A DNA stretch of 63,637 nt, the filler included, from Octopus bimaculoides (Eukaryota): the NCBI RefSeq assembly GCF_001194135.2. It is 6 parts of 6 records of this genome, joined end to end, with 100 filler letters (N's around TTAATTAATTAA, not from the genome) between each part and the next. Parts side by side here need not be neighbours in the genome. Positions count along the whole stretch, not along the records: positions 18,071 to 37,114 come from NC_069000.1; positions 37,215 to 55,461 come from NC_068989.1; 4 more parts are not named here. One strand, written 5' to 3'. Both the position numbers and the translations under genes were made by a program. The notes below the pieces were generated by a model, which was not told the origin of the DNA, made no database searches, and worked only from the letters and a program-made list of their open reading frames with translations. The number at the start of each line of letters is the position of its first letter. The first letter of the stretch is position 1. Below are positions 24,695 to 37,308 of the stretch, piece after piece.

Positions 24695-24910
24695 TGAAGA
24701 AATGCTGAAAAGTTCTGGCTTTAAGGGCATCGCGAAAAGCCTGGTTGAAAGCCCTACCTTCCGAGTTCTTTTACAGAGCTTAAAAAATCTGAAGGACTAT
24801 TGCAATGAGTGTGTGAATCTGCGAGAGGAATATGTTGAATAAAATCATAATTAAATTATCCTGCTGTATTTTCTTTTACCCCAAACCAGGAACTTTTCAG
24901 CACTCCCTCG
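24695..24910 (+). mobile_element. mariner-derived internally deleted element
   Basis: Left TIR-like tatgaagaaatgctgaaaagttctgg versus right (rc) tacgagggagtgctgaaaagttcctgg; retains transposase C-terminus-like DYCNECVNLREEYVE*. Confidence 0.7.
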
Positions 24911-25578
24911 TAAAGACCTGTCTTGAAGTATTAGGCTGTCAGATAATTTCGTTCCTCCCCCCCCCCCCCGTCCGCTCAATTTTAATAATTTCCAGTGTTA
25001 TCCAAATTAACACAACCGATATATTTATCGTAGTGGTTTATGATTTTTTGCAGATGTATGATTTGGGAATTTGAATTCTAACCAGACATTAAAATAAATA
25101 AGTATTGGGATCGACTAGAAATTCTTAAAGGCTGTGCCCCAGCATGGCCACAATCCAATGATTGAAACAAGTAAAATATGAAAGGATATTAATAAGATTC
25201 TTAAAATAATTGGTAACGAAGTGTATATTAGAATAGGTGAAGAGGGTGTGGACGAAATCATGTATAAGACGAGAGTGAGTGAGAAGTTTAACAGATTAAT
25301 GTGCTGAAAAATATATGACCTCTCATCAGACATACAACGGTGGAGTGCCAAGTGGGGTGGGGGGAAACGAACAAATTTATCTGACAACCGTCTAGCTTAC
25401 ATGATGACACATGTTGAATGCAGTAGGTAATAGCCGCTTCGTAAAATGCACAGTCAATCAACGACTTTCGAAAGACACTTAATCAGTGGTTTCCAACTGG
25501 ATTCCATATAGTGTTTAGGGGGTCCACATAAGATTTTATTAAAAATCCTGTGCAGTAAATTCAACAATACTCTTTTAC

Positions 25579-25979
25579 CCTTTTACTTGTTTCAGTCATT
25601 TGACTGTGGCCATGCTGGAGCACCGCCTTTAATCGAGCAAATCGACCCCAAGATTTATTCTTTGTGAGCCTAGTACTTATTCTATCGTTTCTCTTTTGCC
25701 GAACCGCTAAGTTACGGGGACGTAAACACACCAGCATCGGTTGTCAAGCGATGTTGGAGAGACAAACACAGACACACAAACACGCATATACATATATATA
25801 TATACATATACATATATACGACGGGCTTCTTTCAGTTTCCGTCTACCAAATCCATTCACAAGGCTTTGGTCGGCCCGAGGCTATAGTAGAAGACACTTGC
25901 CTAAGGTGTCACGCAGTGGGACTGAACCCGGACCCATGTGGTTTGTAAGCAAGCTACTTACCACACAGCAACTCCCGCA
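25579..25979 (-). mobile_element. SINE family A, full length, CpG-intact
   Basis: Matches the consensus throughout. Confidence 0.85.
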
Positions 25980-26331
25980 TGATAGGATTTTTTTAAAGAT
26001 AGAAATGGTTATAAGAGAAAAATCGGATTCAAAAGGGTTCATAGATAAAAAAACAAATAACTACGAACCATCGCACTGGCTAAATAAATTAGGGTGGCGA
26101 GACAAACATAGATGTATCTTAGGTTTACGTTTCACAAATTCTGTAGCAGTCGATAAGTAAGCATATCTAAAAATAATCAAGCGACTGCCAACAATGACAG
26201 GAAACTATTCCATCTGTACTTTTATATCAGAGTGTCCTTCTTATAGATTTCTCTGATAAAAGTATACGAACGATAAGTGGTTTTACAGAGGGCGTAGGCA
26301 GAAACCAGGACGTATGTATGTACACGTCATT

Positions 26332-26388
<57 letters not shown>

Positions 26389-26394
26389 GGGAGA

Positions 26395-26545
26395 ATATAC
26401 AAAAAATAACAGACGAAGACAGGTGGTGTAAATAACAAAAGTATATATTAGTATGACGCTCGGGAATACGGAAAGTCTTTGACGTTTCGAGCTACGCTCT
26501 TCAACAGAAAGAATACGGAGACAAGGAGAAAAACACGGAGAAAAA
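26395..26545 (-). mobile_element. Short Penelope-like repeat with minimal hammerhead-like motif (copy 3, best preserved)
   Basis: Minus strand 26512-26476 reads TCTTT-CTGTTGA-A-GAGC-GTA-GCTC-GAAAC-GTC-AAAGA. Confidence 0.6.
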
Positions 26546-26583
26546 AAATTGAATAGTGTTCAGTCAACGGTCAATCATATATA

Positions 26584-26615
<32 letters not shown>

Positions 26616-27176
26616 ATTAAAAAATTCTGTCTCGCTATTTGCTGTTTTCTATATCTTTCTACATTCTTCAAGATTTCTTCTAAGCGTAACCCACCATTCT
26701 TGTCCTTTTGGCCCTAGGACCGTATTTTGCTCGTTTTCAATTTATTTTGTCTTTGTCGATCGTCTTAAATTACATTTTTGTTTTGTTTTGTTTACTTCAG
26801 GCCCTACATTCTCTGCGACTTTCGCAGGCGCTGCCAATATGGGAAGCCCTTAGTCTTATCATTAATTGTGCGAAACTGTGTATTACCATTCGGTTGATAA
26901 CTGACGAAGAATTAGGGATCCCCGGTGTCTGTCTCCCGCCCGATTGTATACGTATACATTTTTTTATCTGTCGTTGTTTTATTTTCTATGCATTTTCTCG
27001 TTTATATACGATAGGCTTCTTTCAGTTTCCGTTTGCCATATCCACTCACAAGGTTTCGGTCGGGCCGAGGCTATAGTAGAAGGCACTTGAACTAGGTGTA
27101 CGCAATGGGATTGAACCTGGTTGCATGTTGCTGGGATTCAAGCTTCTTACCACACAGCCACGCTGCACCTATATAC

Positions 27177-27247
<71 letters not shown>

Positions 27248-28391
27248 TATCCGGAGAGCAAAAGAAAAATAATCTGTATACTAAAAAAAAACATTCGATT
27301 CGCTCCAATAACTTATCGCCTGTCGAAGCTGAAAATGGAAGGCAGCAGACGACCGGTGATGTTACTATGCGCCATCTCAGCTTATTGCCTGCACACATAA
27401 GTACCTCTCCGATAAGGCACACTGTGTCACAAACATCCAACGCACAGACTTGCGTAATATAATCGTAACATTCGTCTTGCACTTTGCTGTTTCATCTTCA
27501 CCTCGGCGAACTTTACGTGATACTGCGACCTAAATTGATATTTCATGAAAGACATGTTATGTGTTAGATGTTGTCGTGTTGGTGGTAGTGGTGATGGCTT
27601 TGCTATCGATGGTTGTGTTGGTAGTGGTGGTGGTGGTAACGTGTTGGTAGCAGTAGAGTGTTGCTGGCAATGGTATGTGTAGTGGCGGCAATCATACGAT
27701 TACAGTGGTAGAAATTTGGTAACGGTGGTAACAGTTATAAGAATACTCGTGGTGGCGGCGGCGTGACGGTGGTGGTGGTGATAGATGGCTGTTATCTTGT
27801 TTGGTGGTGAAAGGTGATAGTGAAACGGCTGAAGGGTGCTGGTGGCCCCGCCGCTGTGTTAATTGGCGTGTTGCTTGCTGCTGCTGCTGATGATGATGGT
27901 GATGTTGTTCAACCGTCAGGTCAGACCTAAATCAGACCATGACCAAAGCACCCTGGCCATGACCCTCCCGTATTCTCAAGAGTATTTTTAACCCACAACG
28001 CCAAATGTCCTCTTATCCCGTATCATCTAATATCCAGCTCTTATGATTTAAGAGTTATCCGACTGCGATTTCTACCGTGTCAAGCAAATCATATAAAAAT
28101 CTGCATCATGTAAAAGGATGCTGTTGTTGCTCGTTGTAATTGTTGTTGTGGTGGTGGTGTTGGTGGTGGAGGTAGTAGTGTTCCGGTGCAGTGTCGTGTG
28201 GTCAGTATTTAACGTAGTGATGTAGAAAGCTTCCATTTCATATGGTAGGTGACGGTAGTGGTTACGTGGTAGTACTTCAGGGTGGCATACGTACTTACAC
28301 TTATGTGTATGCATATATATATATATATATATATGTATATATCTATGTATGTATATATATATATGTGTATGTATGTAGATATATGTGTATG

Positions 28392-28424
<33 letters not shown>

Positions 28425-30159
28425 GTGTGTGTATATATGTATGTATGTATGTATATATATATATGTATGTATATATATATATGTATGTATGTATATATAT
28501 ATATGTATGTATGTATGTATGTATATATATGTATGTATGTATATGTATGTATATATATGTATGTATGTATATATGTATGTATGTATATATATAAATATAT
28601 GTATATAGATATATATNNNNNNNNNNNNNNNNNNNNNNNNNNNNNNNNNNNNNNNNNNNNNNNNNNNNNNNNNNNNNNNNNNNNNNNNNNNNNNNNNNNN
28701 NNNNNNNNNNNNNNNNNNNNNNNNNNNNNNNNNNNNNNNNNNNNNNNNNNNNNNNNNNNNNNNNNNNNNNNNNNNNNNNNNNNNNNNNNNNNNNNNNNNN
28801 NNNNNNNNNNNNNNNNNNNNNNNNNNNNNNNNNNNNNNNNNNNNNNNNNNNNNNNNNNNNNNNNNNNNNNNNNNNNNNNNNNNNNNNNNNNNNNNNNNNN
28901 NNNNNNNNNNNNNNNNNNNNNNNNNNNNNNNNNNNNNNNNNNNNNNNNNNNNNNNNNNNNNNNNNNNNNNNNNNNNNNNNNNNNNNNNNNNNNNNNNNNN
29001 NNNNNNNNNNNNNNNNNNNNNNNNNNNNNNNNNNNNNNNNNNNNNNNNNNNNNNNNNNNNNNNNNNNNNNNNNNNNNNNNNNNNNNNNNNNNNNNNNNNN
29101 NNNNNNNNNNNNNNNNNNNNNNNNNNNNNNNNNNNNNNNNNNNNNNNNNNNNNNNNNNNNNNNNNNNNNNNNNNNNNNNNNNNNNNNNNNNNNNNNNNNN
29201 NNNNNNNNNNNNNNNNNNNNNNNNNNNNNNNNNNNNNNNNNNNNNNNNNNNNNNNNNNNNNNNNNNNNNNNNNNNNNNNNNNNNNNNNNNNNNNNNNNNN
29301 NNNNNNNNNNNNNNNNNNNNNNNNNNNNNNNNNNNNNNNNNNNNNNNNNNNNNNNNNNNNNNNNNNNNNNNNNNNNNNNNNNNNNNNNNNNNNNNNNATA
29401 TATATATAGGCCTAGTGGTTAGGGTGTTGCTCTCAAGATTGAGGGATTGCGGTTTCAATTTCTAGACCGGGTGATGTATTGTGTTGTTAAGCAAAACACT
29501 TCATCTCACGCTGCTCTGCGATCACTTCGATACCTTATGCGTGGTACACTGTGCACCTGTTCCGGCAATATCGAATATAATGGAGGGAGTGATTTGATCA
29601 CTATAAACAAATCATTTGTGCAGGTTGTTCGGCAAAAGCTCAACATACGTACGTCGTCTTCATCGGAAAAGACTATCATATACATACATACATACATATA
29701 CGTATACATAGATATACCAATTCGTATGTATGTGTATGTAAATACTTAACTGACTCTAGATAGATAAATTGATGGATGGATGGATGGATGGATAATGAGG
29801 TAACGAAATACAAAATAAATGAGACTGTTTTTATGCAAAAATAGGGCAAACAATAAAATTAAATACAAAAATAAACTGCTGTCGTCAGCAAAATACAAAA
29901 ACTATAGCATAAATAAAAGAATCCTGGGAAATGCTAACATTCTCATTTGAAATGAAATCAAAGATATTAGAATGGTTAATGTGCTTGCATGTGTTAGTGT
30001 GTTTCCTCTCTCTATCTCTCTCTCTCTCTTTCCCTCCCTCCCTCCCTTTCTCTCTCCCTGTCTCTCTCTCTACATACATATATACATACACAAATACATA
30101 TATATATATTTATATATATATATATTTATACATATGTATATATATACATATTTATATAT

Positions 30160-30205
<46 letters not shown>

Positions 30206-30443
30206 ATATATATATATATATACACACATACATTTAGGTTTATATGTGAGTGTATGACTGTGTATGTATTTATGTATCCATATATGTGTATGTATATTCA
30301 TACATGCATATATGTGTGTGTATGTATATATGTGTGTGTATATGTATATATATATATATGTGTGTATATATATGNNNNNNNNNNTATATATATTTATATA
30401 TATATATATTTATACATATGTATATATATACATATTTATATAT

Positions 30444-30489
<46 letters not shown>

Positions 30490-30717
30490 ATATATATATA
30501 TATATACACACATACATTTAGGTTTATATGTGAGTGTATGACTGTGTATGTATTTATGTATCCATATATGTGTATGTATATTCATACATGCATATATGTG
30601 TGTGTATGTATATATGTGTGTGTATATGTATATATATATATATGTGTGTATATATATGTGTGTATATATGTATATATATTATATGTATATATATGTATAT
30701 ATGTACATACATACATG

Positions 30718-30775
<58 letters not shown>

Positions 30776-31366
30776 GTCAGCGTTTCAAATACCACATCTT
30801 CTTTTGTGTAATAATCTGTAAAAGAAAAGGAAACACGTTCGTCTGTTGTTTCTTTGACATTAATATGGTTTGTATAGTGTATGATGTGGTGGTGGTGGTT
30901 GTGGTAGTGGTAGTTGTGTGCTTGCGCGTGCGTGCATCTGTATATGTATGTATGTGTGTGTGTTTGTTTTGAAAAAGAATCTCGTCCCTGAGCAATGTTA
31001 TGTCGTAAATTTGTATTAACAGTACATACCAGTGCCATTATCCCCCACCACAACCTCCACCACATCTATTACCACTGCCGCCGCAACAACGACGACCACT
31101 GCCGCCGCAACAACAACGACGACCAACACCACCACCACCATCGCGCTCACCAATACTATCTCCAAAACGAACAACAGGGACAACACCAACAATATTACAA
31201 ACACAACCATCGCCTCCAAACCCTCCAGCTTGCTAGATATAGTAGCTAAATTTCCACATGGTCACATCTTACTCTGTCTTTCTCTCTGTCTCTCATTTTT
31301 TTTTTTTTTGTGGGCGGGGCCGCTTAAGATAATGTAGTCCATAGTACATAATGGCCGGAAAGAATA

Positions 31367-31760
31367 GGCGCAGGCGTAGCTGTGTGGTAAGTAGCTTGCT
31401 TACCAGCCACATGGTTCCGGGAACAGTCCCACTGCGTGGTAACTTGGCCAAATGTCTTCTACTCTAGCCTCAGGTCTACCAAAGCCTTGTGAGTGGATTT
31501 GGTAGATGGAAACTGAAAGAAGCCCGTCGTATATCTGTATATATTTGTGTGTGCGTGTGTGTTTGTGTGTTTGTCCCCCTACCATCGTTTGACAACCGAT
31601 GTTGGTGTGTTCACGTTCCCGCAACTTAGCGGTTCGGCAAAAAGAGAACGATGGAATAAGTGCTAGGCTTACAAAGAATAAGTCCTGGGATCAATTTGCT
31701 CGACTAAAGGCGGTGCTCCATCACGGCCGCAGTCAAATGACTGAAACGGTTAAAAGAATA
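31367..31760 (+). mobile_element. SINE family A, full length
   Basis: GGCGCAGG head through ...CAAATGACTGAAAC tail. Confidence 0.85.
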
Positions 31761-32365
31761 AAAAAAGTAATAAATTCGCCGTTTATAGATCCACTGCACA
31801 GTCTACACATTGTATATCATACCTTGATACTGTACAGACTTGAGATCGACAGTGAGAGGCTGCTGATATTAAATAAAGAGTTAAACACATATAGTTTGCA
31901 GATTTGTAGCTTCTAGACTTGATGTACATATAATCAGGGGCGAGCTGGCGGAATCGTTAGCATTCTGGACGAAATTTCGTCCTTNNNNNNNNNNNNNNNN
32001 NNNNNNNNNNNNNNNNNNNNNNNNNNNNNNNNNNNNNNNNNNNNNNNNNNNNNNNNNNNNNNNNNNNNNNNNNNNNNNNNNNNNNNNNNNNNNNNNNNNN
32101 NNNNNNNNNNNNNNNNNNNNNNNNNNNNNNNNNNNNNNNNNNNNNNNNNNNNNNNNNNNNNNNNNNNNNNNNNNNNNNNNNNNNNNNNNNNNNNNNNNNN
32201 NNNNNNNNNNNNNNNNNNNNNNNNNNNNNNNNNNNNNNNNNNNNNNNNNNNNNNNNNNNNNNNNNNNNNNNNNCATCTTTACTGGGGTCGAAATATTAAA
32301 TACCAGTGAAATACTGGTACTGGGGCCGATGTAATCGACTTGTCCCCTCCCCCAAAATTTCTTTA

Positions 32366-32790
32366 GGCGCAGGAGTGGCTGTGTGATATGGAGCTTGCTT
32401 CATGACTAGATGGTTCCGGGTTCAGTTCCACTGTGTAGAACCTTGAGCAAGTGACTTCTACTAAAGCGTCGGGTCGACCAAAGCCTTGTGAGTGGATTTG
32501 GTCGACGGAAACTAAAAAAATCCCGTCGTATATGTATGTATATATATATATATATATATACATATATATATGTGTGTGTTTGTGTGTCTGTGTTTGTCTC
32601 CCCTCCATCATCGCTTGACAACCGATGGTGGTGTGTTTATGTTCCCGTAACTTAGCGATTCCACAAAAAAACCCGATAGAATAAGTACTGGGCTTACAAA
32701 GAATAAGTCCTGGGGTCGATTTGTTTCGACGAAAAGGCGGTGCTCCAGCATGGCCGCAGTCAAATGACCGAAGAAAATAAAAGAGTAAAA
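32366..32790 (+). mobile_element. SINE family A, full length
   Basis: GGCGCAGGAGTGGCTGTGTG head, internal (TA)/(TG) array, tail. Confidence 0.85.
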
Positions 32791-33138
32791 GAATATGGTA
32801 TGGAGTTTGAACCCCTTAATCCAGTACATGCATTTCTAGTTCATTTCACTCTGTCATACGTTAAAAGAACAACAATAAAAGAATAATACGAAGTATGAAG
32901 GGGGGGAGAAGGAGGAGGCAGACGAGGATCTCGAGCAGAAACAATGGAACGAATGATAGATGAGAAAACGCCCTTTATTCGCACACACCCTGGAATTTAA
33001 GTCAATGTGTCATGGCCTATATACATACACACACGCACATATATATGTGTATATGTGTATATATGTGTGTGTATATGTACACATACACACATATATTAAT
33101 GTGTGTATTCATATGTATGCGTGAATGTATATACCCTG

Positions 33139-33173
<35 letters not shown>

Positions 33174-33352
33174 GTATGTTTGGATATATATGTACGTGTA
33201 TGCTCACACGTGCATAATTTGTTGTTTGTAGGTCAAGAAAGGGATATATATAATCACACATATATATATTTGTGATGTACATGCGTACACACATGCACAC
33301 ACAGACATATAACTGCCAGTGTATGTTTATGTATAGATGTGTCATGAAAGTG

Positions 33353-33438
<86 letters not shown>

Positions 33439-33460
33439 GAACACTTGCAGCTAAATAAAC

Positions 33461-33526
<66 letters not shown>

Positions 33527-34119
33527 ATATATACACGCTCAAATTTGAGATGGATGACGATATATATAAAGTCATTTGATTGTGTGTGTATGTGTGAGAG
33601 TGTATGTGAATGAGTGAGTGAGTGTGATAAATATGCATCTATGTATATGTTTCCGTTTGTACATACGTATGTATGTCTTTTTAACCAATTATCTATGAAT
33701 GTATCTATCTTTATGCATGTGTGTTTCTATTTGCTTGTATATGCGAATTCTATTCATATCAAAACCAGGTGTTTCCCACGTTAAGGAATCTCTAGTTATG
33801 GAATTCGGAACGTACGAATATGGTAAAGTATGGTCAATACCTTCAGGATACCGCTTGTAGTTTCGCTCTTACGGAAACTCGAATAAATTTCAAAAACTGA
33901 ACGCTACGTATGTTTTTCGTACTTTGCAACCACTTACGCGTTCCGTCCTCGCCTTCTATAACTCTAATACTAGAATCACACGGACATGATGGACCAATTG
34001 ATCAGTAACTTTGCTTTTCTTGGTCCATTATTGTTGTGTCCGGTTTATTATTTCTTAGCTTCTTGCCCATTCGAATAGGAAAGCCCTACAAAATCTTACA
34101 ATTCTCCAACTCCAGCACT

Positions 34120-34400
34120 CTTTCAGCCTGATGTTCATACCATGTGTCTCCAGTTTTGGCAAACCTTCCAATGTAAAACATTTACAAATTGGCCAAGCTT
34201 CCATTTCCTATATTCTTCCTGTGCCAACCTGGGACATTCTGCAACAATGTGTGCCACTGTCTCGTTCCCAGTTCCACAGAGTCTACATTTTAGTAGATTT
34301 CCGCAGACTCTACATTCTTGCTTTCTACATAATCCTATCTTTCAACATAACCCTAGCTTTCTACACAACCCTCAATGGATTATTCCCCACTTTTGTTGTC
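34120..34400 (+). mobile_element. Possible LINE ORF1 (gag-like zinc knuckle) remnant
   Basis: Peptide fragments MCLQF(G) and SSCANLGHSATMC resemble tandem CCHC knuckles, but are degenerate. Confidence 0.3.
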
Positions 34401-34830
34401 ATGCTGGCGTTTGGCGCGTCTTTACGTTCTCAGTTCACATTCCCGCCGAGGTCGACTTTGCCCTTCATCCTTTCAAGGTCGATAAAATAATCACCAGTTG
34501 AGTTCTGGGGTCGATGTAATTGACTTAATCCCTATCTCGAAACTACTGGCCTTGTGCCGAAATTTGAAATCATTTTCACCTCTGCTGCCATCCTGCTTCT
34601 GATCTTCAATTTCAGTCATGGCAGATTAATTTAATGCTGGTTTATCGCTAGAATGAAACTAAGCTGCAGATATGACTAAGAGCTTGACATTTGTACATTC
34701 ATTGACGTAAGCGCCTCTTCTTATAACAAGAAACAGTGACTACGTCTAAATGCGAATTAACACTTCATTCTCTGCGCATCCGAAGAATACTTCTGCGGGA
34801 GAGTGATGAAAACATGATGATCTCCAGAAT

Positions 34831-34890
<60 letters not shown>

Positions 34891-35640
34891 GAAGGGAAGA
34901 AACAGTAAACCATTCCTTAAATTTGGTTACTCAAGCGCTCGTGTATTTGTAAGTGTGGTGTGTGTCTGTGTGTTTAGTAGAATACCCGGCGTTGCCCATG
35001 ATGAAAAGTAATTACAAATTGCTTTTGGTATAGAACGTTACTGCATTTTTCTCCAAAATCATCTTTAATGTAAGAAATTTATCTATTTTCCAATACGTTT
35101 ATAGCAGTCCGGTGTCTAATACATTGTGCTATTTAAAAGATAAAACTTTTATCTTTTAAATAACGCAATCATTGGACTGCGGCCGCAGAAGACGGTGCTT
35201 TGAAGGGATTTTGTCGACCGGACCGGACCCAGTACTAATTTATACTTGTTTAAAAGTCTGATACTTATTATATCTCTTTTTGTACGGAAGCATAAAGTTA
35301 CAAGGACGTAAGCAAGCCATCACAGGTTACCGAGTGGGGTGGGGGTCAGACACAAACATATAGGCACTAACACAGAAACATACACACATACACACGTGCA
35401 CGCACGCTCACCCCTCCCCCACACACATACACACAGAACTATGTATATACGGATCACTTCGTAACACGTGTGTCTGAAAAACTGAACAATGAAAGCGCTT
35501 TTATAAACGAAAATCCCTTCCGTAAGGTTCGTGTCATTCTGTTTTTAAAAGTTTTTCAATACATAATAACTTTTAAGAAAATCTTTCAAGTATTGTAACT
35601 ATATCAGGTAATTTGTTTAGATAAGTGTGTGCGCGCGCGC

Positions 35641-35686
35641 GCATATATGCCCATATATGCCCATATATGCCCATATATGCCATATA
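35641..35686. repeat. 10-bp tandem repeat (CATATATGCC)n at the start of a >1-kb TA/TATG compound microsatellite (35690-36900, gapped)
   Basis: gcatatatgcccatatatgcccatatatgcccatatatgccatatat. Confidence 0.8.
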
Positions 35687-35991
35687 TACGTATATATATG
35701 TATGTATATGTATGTATGCATATATATGTATGTATGCATATATATGTATGTATGCATATATATGTATGTATGTATATATATGTATGTATGTATATATACA
35801 TATGTATGTATATATATATGTATATACATATATATATACATGTATGTATATGTATATATATGTATGTATGTATATGTATGTATATGTATATATATGTATG
35901 TATATGTATATATATGTATGTATATATATTTATATGTATGTATGTATATATATATATTTATATGTATGTATGTATGTATGTATATATATGT

Positions 35992-36024
<33 letters not shown>

Positions 36025-36063
36025 CATATATATATACATGTATGTATATATATATATGCATAT

Positions 36064-36095
<32 letters not shown>

Positions 36096-36532
36096 ATATA
36101 TNNNNNNNNNNNNNNNNNNNNNNNNNNNNNNNNNNNNNNNNNNNNNNNNNNNNNNNNNNNNNNNNNNNNNNNNNNNNNNNNNNNNNNNNNNNNNNNNNNN
36201 NNNNNNNNNNNNNNNNNNNNNNNNNNNNNNNNNNNNNNNNNNNNNNNNNNNNNNNNNNNNNNNNNNNNNNNNNNNNNNNNNNNNNNNNNNNNNNNNNNNN
36301 NNNNNNNNNNNNNNNNNNNNNNNNNNNNNNNNNNNNNNNNNNNNNNNNNNNNNNNNNNNNNNNNNNNNNNNNNNNNNNNNNNNNNNNNNNNNNNNNNNNN
36401 NNNNNNNNNNNNNNNNNNNNNNNNNNNNNNNNNNNNNNNNNNNNNNNNNNNNNNNNNNNNNNNNNNNNNNNNNNNNNTATGTATATATATGTACATATAT
36501 ATATATATGCATGTATGTATATATATGTACAT

Positions 36533-36563
<31 letters not shown>

Positions 36564-37269
36564 CATATATATATATACATGTATGTATATATATATGTGC
36601 ATATATATATACATGTATATATATGCATATATATATATATATATACATGTATGTATACATATATATGTATATATATATGTATACATATGTGTGTGTATAT
36701 ATATATATATATAATGTATATATATGTGTATATATAAATATATAGTTTTAGAGAAAAGAACCAAAGTTCATGAACTAATCCATGAAAATTCAGTCACATA
36801 TTATTATATGTGTATATATATATGTTTATATAAATATAATGTATATATATATATATGTGCGTATATATGTATATATATATATGTGTATATATGTATATAT
36901 ATTCTGGTATTTGTTTCAGACATTTGATTGCAGCCATGCTGGAGCACTGCCTTCAGTTGACAAGCCTTTGTAAGCAGCCTAGTAGTTATTCTATTGGCTA
37001 CTTTTGCCGAACTGCTAAGTTACGGGAACATAAGCATAATAACATCGGTTGTCAAGCGATGGTGGAGGGGACAAACACAGACACACACACGTATATATAT
37101 ATATATATATATATNNNNNNNNNNNNNNNNNNNNNNNNNNNNNNNNNNNNNNNNNNNNTTAATTAATTAANNNNNNNNNNNNNNNNNNNNNNNNNNNNNN
37201 NNNNNNNNNNNNNNATATATATATATATATATTTATACACACACACACACACACAGACATACACACACA

Positions 37270-37308
<39 letters not shown>

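Noticed and set aside
27395-27466. Minus-strand MKQQSARRMLRLYYASLCVGCL, which resembles an XYLT N-terminus
   Set aside because: In-frame TGA after 22 codons and no credible donor; treated as coincidence.
30089-30660. ~280-bp tandem duplication around the 10-N gap at 30375-30384
   Set aside because: Exact duplicate across a minimal gap in TA-rich DNA; most likely an assembly artefact.
28242-36764. Long ORFs such as 28242-29465, 35617-36660 and 35625-36745 (YIYI/VCMY-type)
   Set aside because: They are translations of (TA)n/(TATG)n arrays and N runs, not proteins; the same applies to ORFs at 46092-46979, 53828-55053, 56069-57188 and 62095-63218.
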